Assembly: GCA_021613535.1 (NCBI GenBank)
Contig: CP075493.1
Location: 15,004,001 to 15,068,000 of the forward strand
Source: Adineta vaga
Lineage: Eukaryota; Animalia; Rotifera
Direction of reading: 5' to 3'
Length of the DNA: 64,000 nucleotides
Positions 13,166-26,149 of this stretch are shown piece after piece. A program made the position numbers and the translations under genes. The notes below the pieces were generated by a model. It made no database searches, was not told the DNA's origin, and saw only the letters and a program-made list of their open reading frames with translations. The number at the start of each line of letters is the position of its first letter. The stretch's first letter is position 1.

Positions 13166-13793
13166 ATGGCAACTGACGATATTAACAAGACTAGTTTATG
13201 CAAAAAATGTAACGTTAGAAAGGATGGTTTGTTTATGTGTCATGGTTGTCATGAATCATTTTGTTGGAAACATACAGAAGAACATAAATCCGAACTTTCT
13301 CTTCAAATGGATATAGTTGCACAAGAACATGATTTGCTTCGAGAAGATTTCAATCTATTTACCACGCATCACTCTCTTCTTGGAGAGATTGATCGATGGG
13401 AAAACGACTCGATTATGAAGATTCAAAAAACTGCAAACTTGGCCCGTATAGATGTACAAAAACAAGTTCAAGATTTAAAAGATGCAGTGCAGACGTCATG
13501 CGCAAACGTAATTGATGAAATTCGATTAAGTCGAGAATCGGATACTTTTGTTTCTGAGATTGATATCGCCAGATGGATGCAGACACTAAAACAGATGCGA
13601 CAACAACTTGAAACAGTAATGACAATACGAATATCGAATGATGAACAGATGACTCCCATCCAGATGATACAAATCATACAAGAAACAACAGCTGTATCAC
13701 ATAAATCTAATAATAAGGTAAAAATAACTATGCTAAATTGCATACGAAAATTCACTTTATAACTTTACCTAGACAGCGATAAAAAAATATTAA
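13166..13793 (+). CDS. B-box zinc finger + coiled-coil protein
   Basis: CKKC..CHGCHESFCWKHTEEH, then heptad-rich EIDRWENDSIMKIQKTA. Likely intron 13718-13772 followed by TAIKKY*. Confidence 0.7.
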
Positions 13794-13896
13794 GAGTTTA
13801 AAATTTACTTAGTAATCATGTGCTCAGCGTAGCGTACGATAATAACTACTGAGGAAAAAAGAGCCGTTGCTAAGTATTCATTATTTCTTTTATTAG

Positions 13897-14953
13897 CGAA
13901 AGTACACGTCATTGATTAGTGACAACTTCTTGAAATTTATCAAATCCATTATACCAAGATTCACTTTGGACCAGTTCAATTATTTGATCGACTTGATTGA
14001 CGAAGTGTGTATCATTTAATAATTGAATAAAAGAGGAATTATTGACTTTTACTCTTACAATTTAGTTATGGGATGTTGAAGAGGAAATAACACAAGTAAA
14101 TATTATTGAATTACTTGGTATTATTGGTCGACATTGCCAACAAGAGTCGGGTGCACGAGTAGGTCTATACTTCATATCTAAATACTAATAAGTTGACGTT
14201 ATATTTATGCAAGGTTCTAGAAATTTTATGGAATATGGCACATGATGATCGACTTAGTAAAGGAATGCTACAGCGTGTTCTCAACATTTACTATGATATA
14301 TTCAGTGAAAAACGCGATTGGCCCAATGAACTGAAATATGATTATTGCCTGAAATGTGTTTCTTTTCTTCAAGAAAAACAAAGATGGATTGTTCCAGCGA
14401 TTCAATATCTTATCAAATGTGTGGATTCAGAGCACTCAGGCACATGCAAGCCTATCAATCGTAGCATCACATCATTACTCGTGCAAAAGCATGATCTCAT
14501 CTTTATTCTGATACAAAGTATTTCCGTTTGTCAATCAAATACGTGGAACAAAACGGACGGTTGCGTGCAGTCTGAGACGTTAGTTGATCGACAATTCACA
14601 TATGAAGAACTGATCAAAAGTCATCTGGATTTAATTTCTGCTCTGTTGAAAAGAGGTAATTTGTTTTTAATATATAATCGTTCGGAAGAGTTGTGGGATA
14701 TATTAATATTAAATAAACACGCCAGTTCAGTTGGACGTGAACTTGGCTTCGATTGGTTTATAACCTGTTTTGAAGATCTTAATCGTGACTCACGATCTGC
14801 TCTTTTCGAAAACCGTGTGAGCAAGTTAGATTTGACGAAACTTTCAGTCAAAGGTAATTCTTTAAGTTAAATAAAAGGTTTTATTATGTTTTTTCTCAAG
14901 GATTTGAATGCTTCAAATTGTACTCCAGCCAGTACGAAAAGAAAGAGATATGA
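13897..14953 (+). pseudogene. Truncated fragment homologous to the helical N-terminal region of USP9X/USP24-type deubiquitinases (no catalytic domain)
   Basis: Four spliceable exons give ..RVLEILWNMAHDD..RWIVPAIQYL..EELWDILI..GFDWF..FENRVSKLD..KGFECFKLY..*. No clean in-frame start or link to the upstream gene. Confidence 0.55.
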
Positions 14954-15429
14954 TACCTTCGACTACGATGTGATGATGAATGTGAAAATGGTTTGCAAAA
15001 TTATTATACATATTTATAATTGTTGCGTGTGTTTTTGATTATTTTACTGTTTTATTCTGTATTCTATGAAGTCTTTTCGTTCAAAAGAAGAAAAGTGACA
15101 TTTTTCTTGTCGAAATAATCATTATTTAATTAATAAACGAGATTATGAGTGTATTCTGCTTCTTTTTCATTCGTTCATTCATTCAATATCTTTGTGAATA
15201 TCGATGTAGAAAGACAATTATAAACAACCAATGTATTATTATCGGTACTCACACATATTCAACATTATGATCTATAGTTAGTTAACATCCATAAGAAAAC
15301 GATCATTTTCTTAGCAACCATAGATTACGAACATCTAAACAAAGACTTACGCAGTCGTTTCGTTCTCTAATTATTCTATTATTTCATCAAAGAATAATAT
15401 GAACTACAAAAAAAACTGCTGAATAATGA

Positions 15430-16500
15430 TCATTTTGTAGAACTATTGATTAATTGTTGATATTTTTCTCTTCTCTCCTTGTTGTTCATTTGCTGATTTG
15501 CAATTGATTGAATAAAATATTGTTGAACCGAAGAAATATTTGTATTCGATTGTTCAATCAGTTTTTGCACTTCAGCATTGCATTCTTGCTCATTATCGAG
15601 CATGAGATCTCTGAACATCGAAGATATACGTGGTACGATCATTTTTCTTGATACTTCAACGTAAGAAGCTGATAGAGTAAAGAGTAAATCTGTCATCTCT
15701 TCTATATCAAATAAGATCCAAAGAAGAGTATTTTTGTCATTGATTAACTGAAAATTGAATGATCAAATGAAGAGAATGAAAGAGAAAATGATTCCGCTTA
15801 CCTTCATTATTCTACCAGTGAGAGAGGTAAGTTTAATTGAGAGTTCAGTCATTTGATTACATTCGACAATCAATGTGTTAATATAGTTAAGAATATTTGA
15901 TAAGACTGTTGCATGATCAATGTCTAAAGGTGCTTTATTAGCTGATGTTGTAGTTGATAAATCAGGTCTAGATGTTGGTTGTACTGCACGAAGAAGTTCA
16001 TTGAAGAAATTTGTCATTTGTTCGAATTCTATTAACGTCTTTTTCATAATTGAAATAACATCTTCAGCAATTTTGTTAATGTTTTGTAGAGTGCTTGGAA
16101 GAAGAACTTCTCTTTCTTCAATGCTTACTTGAAAGAGAAGTTTTAACACTTGATCCACATATTGTGATTGCTGATTTATAATCATTTGCATACGCGTCAT
16201 ACTCATTTCTAGTGCTCTGAAAGTACGATCGACAATGTTCGTTGCTTGTGTTAATGTAGTTCGATAGGATGATGGATATTGAATATATGTGTAAGAATGG
16301 GAGTTATCCAGTGTATAATCTCTTCGTGAAAGCACAATACACATACGGGAAAGTTCAGTAATCAGACGTATTGGCATGACACCAAGATCTTCCCATGTTT
16401 GTAATTGTGTCGAAGAAGTTGAGGAACTTGTCATCACAGAACTACTCTGTGAAAAAACAAGACCACTAAAGATACTTAAGACGATAAAAACACGAAACAT
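15430..16500 (-). CDS. Secreted all-alpha / coiled-coil protein of unknown function (2 exons)
   Basis: Signal peptide MFRVFIVLSIFSGLVFS. Phase-0 intron 15801-15748 joins ORFs 15763-16500 and 15430-15696 in frame. Confidence 0.75.
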
Positions 16501-17448
16501 TATTCTTCTGAATATATTGCAAGTAACAATATGAAAATATCGACAGATTATATACAGTGATTTTTTTCAGATGCTCTTTCTCTCAGCATTCTTCTTCTGT
16601 ATATTCTGTTCGTATTTTATCAACGAAGTTTAAAAAGTATATTCCGGATTAATCATTTGCACTTGCAACGAAGCGAGAATAAGAAACTTTGATGTACAGC
16701 TTATCTCTGTCTGAAGGTATAGATGAGGTGGAATATAAATAGAACGTGAATACAATATCCTCAAGAGATATTAGTTGATCTACTGATAAAACAGACTGAA
16801 CTTAAACACAAGATAATATTTGACTTGGTTTATACTGAAGAAAAAGATATAAACTGTATTTTGTTAATAGGAGAATGCATTCAAATCGGACATCACTTAC
16901 AAATGTTATTTATCGTTTCTGACGTAGTTTCATTTTTTTAGACATTTCGAATAATGTTTTATTATTGTTTTTGATTTGATCAGATCATTTTAATTCGCTC
17001 TAACTAATTTTATATTTGGAAGAGAGAGAAAACAGGAAATTATTTGTTGACATCATCAAAAATATATTGTTGAAAATCATTTTATTCCTTGAAATAGTAT
17101 TTCATCTGAGGAAAACTATTAGTTTTTAATATAAAAATACATGTGCTTGGATTGTGAAGAATCGTCTAAATTTCAGCATCGTCCTCAAGATCGATTTTGC
17201 CAATGTATTCGTTGAGTACTAGTTACGATAAAAACTATCTAGTTTAATAAATATCAAGCGCTTCAAACAATGAAAATGATGATTAAAAAACGAATGTACA
17301 TTCCATCATGTGGAATATCATTTCACGCGAGTATTTTTTTCTTTTATTCATTTTATCTCTATAAAGCCAGACGCAATATATACGTGCTACCGGAAAATGC
17401 GTTAACTAAATGAATATTACACTTTTAGGGTTTAACTTTTGAGTTCCC

Positions 17449-17648
17449 ACATTCCAAGAACGGGGAAAGGGGAATGGAGAATGCAACTAGCGTTCCCCGT
17501 TCTGAGAACAGATAATCTTTTCGTTTAATATGCGGATAACTATGTGTTAGAAACCTAACTATGTACGAAAAAGTACTATAAAATGTAGTGTGAAATCCGT
17601 TCCGTTCCTGGGAATGGCACGCTTGGGAACGGGGAACGCTGACACCCT
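17449..17648. repeat. Short inverted-repeat element (MITE-like relic)
   Basis: agcgttccccgttc (17489-17502) is the perfect reverse complement of gaacggggaacgct (17627-17640). Additional gaacgggga / ccgttcc copies lie nearby. Confidence 0.6.
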
Positions 17649-19347
17649 TGAGATCTGGGAATATGAATCAAAGACCATTTTTATTCAGAATTTCTTTTTC
17701 TGAAAGAAAGAGTTATACAGAGTATAGAAATGCTTAACATTGGTCGGTTTATTCAAGCCAAGCTGGTACCATACATTCACGTACGTTGTATATAAACGTT
17801 TGTTTTTTCTTATATTGGACAAGTAATGTAAAGGAAAGACAAACTGTGTAGTGCAATGTCATGAAAGGAACATGCATGACAGATATTTATTTGCACCTAA
17901 CTCACTATCGTGTGCATCCAATTTTTATGATCCTTTGATTCACGTGAATAAACATTACTCGGAGAAAACAAATGACGTTTTAAATGTAAAGACATGAAGC
18001 TCTCTTCCTACATACACAAAAAACTTCAATACATTTCAGCATTCGTTTCGATCGTAAGTATACTTAATTATCTGTATATGCATGTGTTCACGTAACGCGA
18101 CCCTTTCATCATAAGTATGTTTTAAAAGTTGAAATGAACGTTTATAACACGTTGTAGAGTGCACTTGAAAGCATAAGAAAATATATCTTATTGCTTGAAA
18201 ATTTGTTCCTGTGAGTCTATAAAATATTGTGAAGAGTTTGACTGTATTGATTAGGGAAAGACGTACAACTTCGGACTGAATTTTCTTCGCAAACATGCAA
18301 CGATGTATTTTCTTTATTTCAGGAAAAGGTGAGCGGTTCCGTTGGATCCGCGCTACTTGCGTTTTATAAGTCTGAATAGGGATACTATGATGTGCTGTAA
18401 ATCGTGTTGGAATCTCACTAAATTCGTGAATTTCCCTAGGGAAAATAGGTAATATTTGCGTTATTTTGGTAAGCTTTTGAGTATTATTGGAATATATATC
18501 ATCTCAAAGCTGTAAGTAGACAGATGAGTAAGGTATGCTTTCGTTGGACAGTCTGAACTAAAACCAACACCAAGTTATAGGACTTTCATTGAGGAAAATT
18601 AATTGACTTTTTCCAACTTTTTGTACCATTACGGCCGGTTGTTGCCAAAAGGCAACATGTTGGCATTCGGCTCGATTTTAGTTCTTTAAACTCCAAAATG
18701 GAATTCGGTAATCTCCACACGTAGAAGACAAAGAATATAAGGAAGTAGAATTTTTTGCATGCTATCTTCTAGTAGCCGTCTGGATAGGGTTAAATCATAA
18801 TTCAATTCATTTTTTATAACTATTACGATCAATTTTAGTCAAATCTAAAATGTATTTTTTCATGTCACACATATGGAAAGGGAGTTTTTTTATATACAAG
18901 CAAGGGAAAAAGCGAAAAGTCGGTACTCCAGTATACTCGTTGTACTCCCGGGATAAGTTGTAATTACCTATGAGATTTTTATTAGAGATTTCAAGTCTAC
19001 TATAGTGACCTGTGTTCCGATGTATTAGATGGAGTACCGAATTTTCGCTTTTCCCTCCTTGGTCTTTCGTCAGTTTAAATGAAAGAAAATATTTAGTCAT
19101 ATGAGTTTATTAGATTAATACAGTTCAAAGTCAAAATCATTGGAGAATACAAAGACGATCTGAAATTGATAAGAAAAAAAAAACGTCGTTTTATTTTATA
19201 TTTATATAAATATCACTCGTACGGAATATAAAAGTAATTAAAAGAATCACGTCAATTCTCCTGATGCATATCTTTTAAAGATCTATTATTATTATTATTC
19301 TTTGTATAAATATTTATTATTCTTTTATAATAGAAGTTTTATCAAAT

Positions 19348-20442
19348 ATGAAATCATCATTTTCAATTCGATTATTAATCGTCTTAACTGTGTCTTTATT
19401 CATTTGTTTAATCTTTTACCGACGAATTTTTTATTCAATAACAAAATCCAATTTAAGATTTAATAAAATTATTCAAAATACTTTAGCAAATTTTGATTTA
19501 TCCCCTATAAATCATCAATGTAGTCTTGAAGAAGCTAATCTTCTCGGTGAAAAATACCAAACAATCTATAAACATCCTTGGTCGGCATGTTATTCCGATG
19601 ATTATCTTCTTCAATTCTATTTTTCTGATATGTCAAGTACTGATGAATTATTTTCATTCAATATTCGTGCAAATAAAGGATATACAATTGCTACTTGGTT
19701 ATCATTATGGTTTTCTCATTTAAATATTAATCCGAGAACTTTAGGAAATTATTTACGAACTGAATTAAATATTAGTGATTGTGGTGCATGTGCTGATTGT
19801 AAGGAAACTATTTTTGAAAATTTAACATTTACAAAATATATCAAAAAGAAAATGACGATTTATGCATTTGAACCGCAACCGAAAACATTTCAATTACTAG
19901 ACAAAGTTCGAAAATGGATGAATGTTTCGTTTATTTCAACATATGAATTAGCACTGAGCAATCAAACTGGTTCAGGTTTATTAGCGAAGTGTCCTTCAGG
20001 TGGTGAAACATGTGGATTATCAATGACAAATGATTCAAATACAAGAAATAATGCTATAGCAACGGCAATAACGACTTTGGATAATTTTATCAAAGAAAAT
20101 GGAATTTTTCGAAAAATTGATGTTTTAAAAATCGATGCTGAAGGTTTTGATCCATTGATTATTCAAGGTGCAGAGAATATTCTTAATCAACATCAAGTAA
20201 AAATACTTCTTTTTGAATATCATGGAATTGGAATGTGGTCACAAACGAGTCTTTTTCAAGTTATAACTAATCTCGATAAAAAAGGTTATATATGTTATCA
20301 ATTAGGAAAAACTGGTTTATTTCAATTAACATCTTGTTGGTCATCGAAATTTGAAAAAAAAGTTTGGAGCAATGTTTTATGTTTATCAAGACGAGAATCA
20401 AAATTAATGGTTTATATTGAAAAACTTCTTATTAAATTATAA
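19348..20442 (+). CDS. FkbM-family SAM-dependent methyltransferase with N-terminal membrane anchor
   Basis: Intronless 364 aa ORF with an N-terminal TM helix. Motifs FNIRANKGY (motif I-like), YAFEP, ALSN, TTLDNF, KIDAEGFD and LFEY. Confidence 0.85.
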   Translation: MKSSFSIRLLIVLTVSLFICLIFYRRIFYSITKSNLRFNKIIQNTLANFDLSPINHQCSLEEANLLGEKYQTIYKHPWSACYSDDYLLQFYFSDMSSTDELFSFNIRANKGYTIATWLSLWFSHLNINPRTLGNYLRTELNISDCGACADCKETIFENLTFTKYIKKKMTIYAFEPQPKTFQLLDKVRKWMNVSFISTYELALSNQTGSGLLAKCPSGGETCGLSMTNDSNTRNNAIATAITTLDNFIKENGIFRKIDVLKIDAEGFDPLIIQGAENILNQHQVKILLFEYHGIGMWSQTSLFQVITNLDKKGYICYQLGKTGLFQLTSCWSSKFEKKVWSNVLCLSRRESKLMVYIEKLLIKL

Positions 20443-20960
20443 ACATTTTTTCAGAATGTCTTTATACAAGACGATATTCTAATAATATCATGAACTGCCT
20501 CATTTGAATTCGAATATAAATGCACATTCAGCTATTTGATATCATTTCGAAAATAAATAACAAAACTTGAACTAGAGTTTTTCCATGGAATAGGAATAGA
20601 TTTTCTTTTATCTATATTCAATTATACTTCACACGAAATGTTTTATTTTGGTTACCATTCGTTATAATTCAAAATTTTGTACATATATGACTCTACTTAC
20701 GAATTATATTTTTATGAGTAACAGAGTCTAAATCATTATCCATCAAAAAATAATGACTAGGAACGCTTTTTGAAAATCGTCATTTATATTTGAAGTCAAA
20801 TTAGACAGCTACTCGAGAAAATATAATTGGAAAAAAAGTGCCACAAATCCGGAGTGTCTAGCAACTCTGGTTCTGACACAATCTTACGATACGTTTTCAT
20901 TATATATAAACTTGACACATGAAAAGATTTTGTAATCCTTCAAATTTTCTTCTTCTTCAA

Positions 20961-21932
20961 ATGAACATATCATCTTCATCTATAAATTTGAATATAATAA
21001 CAATATTAAACGATGTAACAAATCAAACGAATCGATATATTTCCTTATTAATATTTATATTTGATCTTATTGGTAATATTCTCAATATTTTTGTCTTTTT
21101 ACATCGAACACTTCGATCTAACTAATTCATGTTCATTGCTTTTTTTAACTTCATCTATTGCAAATATCATATCAATAATAAGTGGTTTAATAACACGAAT
21201 GTTATCTGGATGGTCAGGTGATTCTACAGACACAATTGTAGGGCTTTGTAAATTAAGAATTTTCATTCTTTGAATCTCACGAACATTTGTTATGTGGATT
21301 CTTATGTTAATAACAATTGATCGATGGCTTTCATAATCTATTCATGTTCATTATCGACAAAAAAATACATTGAAAAATACTTATCGAGGAATTATTTTTC
21401 TTCTATTCTTTTCAATAATTCTCAATATTGATTTACTTTATTGTTACTAAGCCAATCTTGAACATAGACCATTAACATGTTATTCAAAAACAGCAATCTG
21501 TCGTTTAATTACAGATTTGACTTATGCATTGATCATTTATACATTACCATTAGTTTTAATGATTACATTTGGTTTATTAACAATAAGAAATATTCGTCAA
21601 ATTCACAATCGACATCTTCAACCAATAATAATAATAATATGTATTCATTTAAAACGTAAGAAAAAAGTCGATCAACAATTACTTCGAATGCATCTTATTC
21701 CAGTATTTATCTTAAGTATTCTTACGATACCATCTGCTATTCAAAGACTTCATTCAACTTTAACAGACTAATGAAAAATCATCCATTCAAATATCAATTG
21801 AAAATTTTCTTTTTGATATTGTTATTCTTTTGAATTATATCTCAAGTGGAATACCATTCTATATTTTTACTTTATGTGGTGGAAATCTTTTTCGAAATGC
21901 TTTTTGGAATTTAATAAAAAAAGATTTCTTTA
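20961..21932 (+). pseudogene. Rhodopsin-like GPCR pseudogene
   Basis: GNILNIFVF..TLRSN, LCKLR, TIDRWL and DQQLLRM match the intact GPCRs at 56122 and 57809. It has a frameshift near 21120 and stops at about 21271, 21333, 21448 and 21769. Confidence 0.85.
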
Positions 21933-22752
21933 ATATTTACCTATATAACAATATCTTTTTCAACTGTCATATTAAAATAGCATTCATGTTCGCAATTTAA
22001 TAATCTAGATCACAAAATTAGTTTGCTCTTAAATTGTGATTTTGCAGCAAGATCATATTTCCAATATATGATTGCAATACTTTGATAGAAAATGAATTAT
22101 TTTTTATTTAACTTAACTTTCTATCTTCAAAATTGATCATATACAAACATGTTAATGGACAACTGCAAACAAATAATTCAAACGATCGTAATAAATTTAC
22201 ATGTTTTGTACAAGTTTTCCAACGTTCGCTTAAAAATCAAATCTTTTTATTTAAATTAAATTCTAGATGTAAAAATAACTATGCGTTAACCATTTGCACT
22301 ATTAAGTTATTTTGTCAAGGACATATCTGATCATTCACAAGAAAGGAACTTGTAAACTTTTTTTGTAGATTTCAAGGCACATCATAGATGACAAAAGTAT
22401 ATGCAGAAAGTGAAACACATCGAAAAATCCGAAGAAAATGCATTAACTTGTTTTTGTTTTATACATTTATAGAGAATGATGCACATTAGATATATTCAGA
22501 TACGTTTATCATTTTTCAAAGTTTTCTTTTCGAAGAATAGTGATTAATATCCAGTACACTAATGAATTTCGTTTTTTGTTTGTCGTAAAAATATGCTTCA
22601 TCAAAATGTGTGAAATATTACATAGACAAAATAATTGTATAAGAAAACATTCGCTCTTCTAATAGAAAACTTTTCCTTATAGCTATAAGAATAATAATTT
22701 TAATTAAGCCAGAAACCACCATAGTTCAATTTATAGAGAATTACAATAGACT

Positions 22753-23191
22753 TTAGTCCAATTTTGATGGACAAATGCGTTCATCCATCAATGATGTAGG
22801 ATAACAAACAGGAAGATTATGACAACGTGGATGTCGAACACAAATTGTAGTTAGCTTTTCGCATGTATTATCTGTTACATTACATGGAGTAAATTGTGAA
22901 CAGCTTGGCCAAAGAAAAGCGCAAATACCAATTCCATCAGTATTCAACATTGCAAAACAACCACATTCGGTATTTGTTGAACATGAATCATAGTTATTTG
23001 TAAGAAGACATATTTGAGATTTTAGTTGAACTAATTTAAGAAAAGATTTGAAAAGTAAAATAGAATTAAAAAAAATCAAACCTGTTATACTAAAATAAAA
23101 AATTCGGGTGAGAATATAAATAAAAGATTTGTATCATTTACCTGAAGAAAATAAGAAGAAAATAATAGAATTGATTTGCGACAATCATCAT
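22753..23191 (-). CDS. Small secreted Cys-rich protein (3 exons including an 8-nt microexon)
   Basis: Exons 23191-23142, 23089-23082 and 23030-22753 give MMIVANQFYYFLLIFFSITVQLKS followed by CSTNTECGC..GICAFLWPSCSQFTPC..C..CVRHPRC..CYP..ICP. Confidence 0.75.
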
Positions 23192-23724
23192 TGATATTTA
23201 GACAAAACTGAATTAAAAACGAAACTTTTTCGTTTCTTTTACACAGGTGATGTTTTAAATCATAGAAATTAAGTCTTTTATAATTGAATATTTCTTTTTT
23301 TTTTTCAATCAAAATAAAATAGAGAAAATGTAAGAATCATGTTTCTCAATGATGATGAAGGGAAACTAAAGGGTGTGGGTGAAGAAGATATACCGACATC
23401 CACCCTTAACTGTTTAATTCTATGTTGAAGTTGATTCAGTTTTCGGCCTAAATCATCTGCTGATTGAAAACCAGAATTTATTTTTTATCCTTCTCGTAGT
23501 GTGAATGGAATCTATGTCCATATTTTTCTATTGTTCAGCTAGACGTCGACTGATTTTCATCATTCTGCGTGAACTTTAAATATCTTCTTTATTCAATCTG
23601 GCCTTGCAAACAATCGATGACCTGATGCAGAGGTCAACCTTTGCTGCTATCGATGACTCTTTCCCATCCACTATATAAATCAACATTATCATTTGATCGA
23701 ATTTTTCTTTTTGGCTAACCAGAT

Positions 23725-25383
23725 ATGAATAATTCAACTGTTGGTATAGTGGATCTTCCTCATGAATTAATCATGAAGATTTGGAATAACCTTAGTAATA
23801 TTGATGTACTTTATTCATTTATTGGTGTTAATCATAATTTCAATCAATTGCTACATGATCAAACTTATATTCGTACTCTTCAATTAACAAAAAAAAACAT
23901 CGATCGATTTTGTTCAGTTATTTTACCTGAAATCAATCAATACATCGAATGTCTCATTCTTGAACCAATCTCAATAGAACGAATTCTTCTTTCATGTGAT
24001 TATTGTCGTTTAAATAAAATTATTTTTACACAAATTGGTAAAGATTTTATACTTCAACATTTTACCAGTGAGATTATTTCCATTCGTTAAAATGAGAATA
24101 TCGTATGTTTTTCTTTCTAGACAATTCACCTTTGATGAAGATTTTTCAAAATAATATTAAATATCTTTTTTTAACAATGAATCAAAAACAATTTCCATCA
24201 TCATTAACTACCATTGATTTAGGTAAAAACATTCTCTCACGTATTTTACATACATTTACTAATCTTCTTGAACTTGATTTCAATGAAAATCATATTGAAT
24301 ATCGTTCATTGATCTCTATTTATGGATTATCTTCAATGATTTGTTCTTCAATATCACTAATCAATTTGAATATTACTATAAAATCATTCGATGATGGCTT
24401 ATCTTTACTTGATGGTCGATTTCCTCAACTACAAAAATGATCTATTGTTATCGAGAAAATTACTACTCCATATCATTATCTATTGAAAATTTAGTAAGAA
24501 AAAACAAACAAACAAACATGATTTCTAAAGAATATTTTCTTTTTAGACGACAATATATTCTTTAAAATCTTTTTCTATTTTTTCCTATTATGATACAAAT
24601 GAATATGATCATTCAATATTACCTTTAATTAAGCGAATGATATGTCTTGAAGAATTAATTTTATCGTTAGATGTTATTCGTTCATCTACATCTATTGATG
24701 AGAATCATTTGAAAAATGAAATTGTTATTTGTTTACCTGAACTTCGAATATTTCAATTTAATATAATGACACATTGTCAATATTTGAATAATGAGATTTT
24801 TTCGACATTTAATCATTGGAAATATGGTCAAGTGAATTCTTATATAAGTTATTATCCAAATAATATTGCTCAATCACATATATTTTCACTTCCTGGTTTG
24901 AAAAATGTTATTTATCGAGTTACTTATGGTTTTCTAGGTGGTTTTTGTGAAAATATTCGAATTTTATATCTAGTTGATCATGTTTATCCATTTGAACATG
25001 AATTTTTTCTTCGTATTTCTCGTTCATTTCCATTAATTACTCATCTTACTGTTTTAAGTAATCGACTTCGAAATCATATCAATGAAAATAATGATCAAAT
25101 AGATTCTGTTGTTGAATTTCCTCATTTAACTTCTTTAAGAATTCATTATCAACGTGATATTTATTTGGAACAATTCTTAAATTATACAAAGACACATTTA
25201 CCAAATCTTCTTGATCTTACTATTTCATATAGAAATTTACTAATCGTTACAGAAAATTATCAACGGGATATAACTCGTCGTAATTGCTCGAAAGTCGAAA
25301 TTTTATCATTTACAATACGTACAGATACGGAACATTCAAATGAATTTTATTCATATTTTCCATGTTTAAAAGAACTTTTGTGA
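23725..25383 (+). pseudogene. F-box / LRR-like protein gene with premature stop
   Basis: DLPHELIMKIWNNLSNIDVLYSF (F-box-like); LLDGRFPQL; PFEHEFFLRISRSFP. Introns at about 24068-24120 and 24494-24546. In-frame TGA at 24438-24440. Confidence 0.7.
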
Positions 25384-26149
25384 GAATTTTGTTTGTTTGA
25401 TGGGTGGGTGTAGAAAAATGATTCCCACATCCTTTTTTTTCCTTCGAGAGAATATATTCGACATAACGTTTGTCAAATGTAGAACAAAGATTTAAGCAAT
25501 CTCAATATTTATCTTTCAAGAAAAATTCAAATGAATGAAATTGATTTTACTCTGTAAAGCAAAGTAGATTTGCATTGTATAACAATGAATAAATATCTAT
25601 ATGATCTGTTCAAGAAACATAAGTCTATTATAAATTAAATAGAATGGATTCGTGCAGGTGAATAGTCATGTTCTGAACAGTGCAGAATTATTTGATCCAT
25701 TAGTTAAAACATGAAAATTAATGAAACCGATAAACAAATATTAGAAGGAAATAAAGTAGAATAAACTGCAAAATTCATTGATGTATCATTATGTTACTTA
25801 GTTTTCGTTTAATCTTAATATAAAATATTATGATATTTGACACATAATCTTCTTTTTCGCTTTTGAAAACACACGCTCGAAATTTTGGATCCACGTCTTT
25901 TTGCTGAATTTATTTATAGTCGGAATAATATATTTCGTACAAATTCTCTTGTTATTGTATAGGATGCCTTTTCATGTTTCCTATAATAGAAAAACTATAA
26001 AAACATTTTATAGAAACACAAAGAAATAATTTAGTTTTATGATAGACTTTTCATACTATCTAAATCCATGTTTAAATCAAGTGAATAATTTTAATGTAGG
26101 GAAAAATCGAAATAAAAGCAAAATATGCCCTAAAATACAGAAAAAAAAA

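Noticed and set aside
17650-19300. Short ORFs 18036-18296 and 18807-19100
   Set aside because: No motifs or supporting splice structure; possibly TE debris, but I cannot support that.
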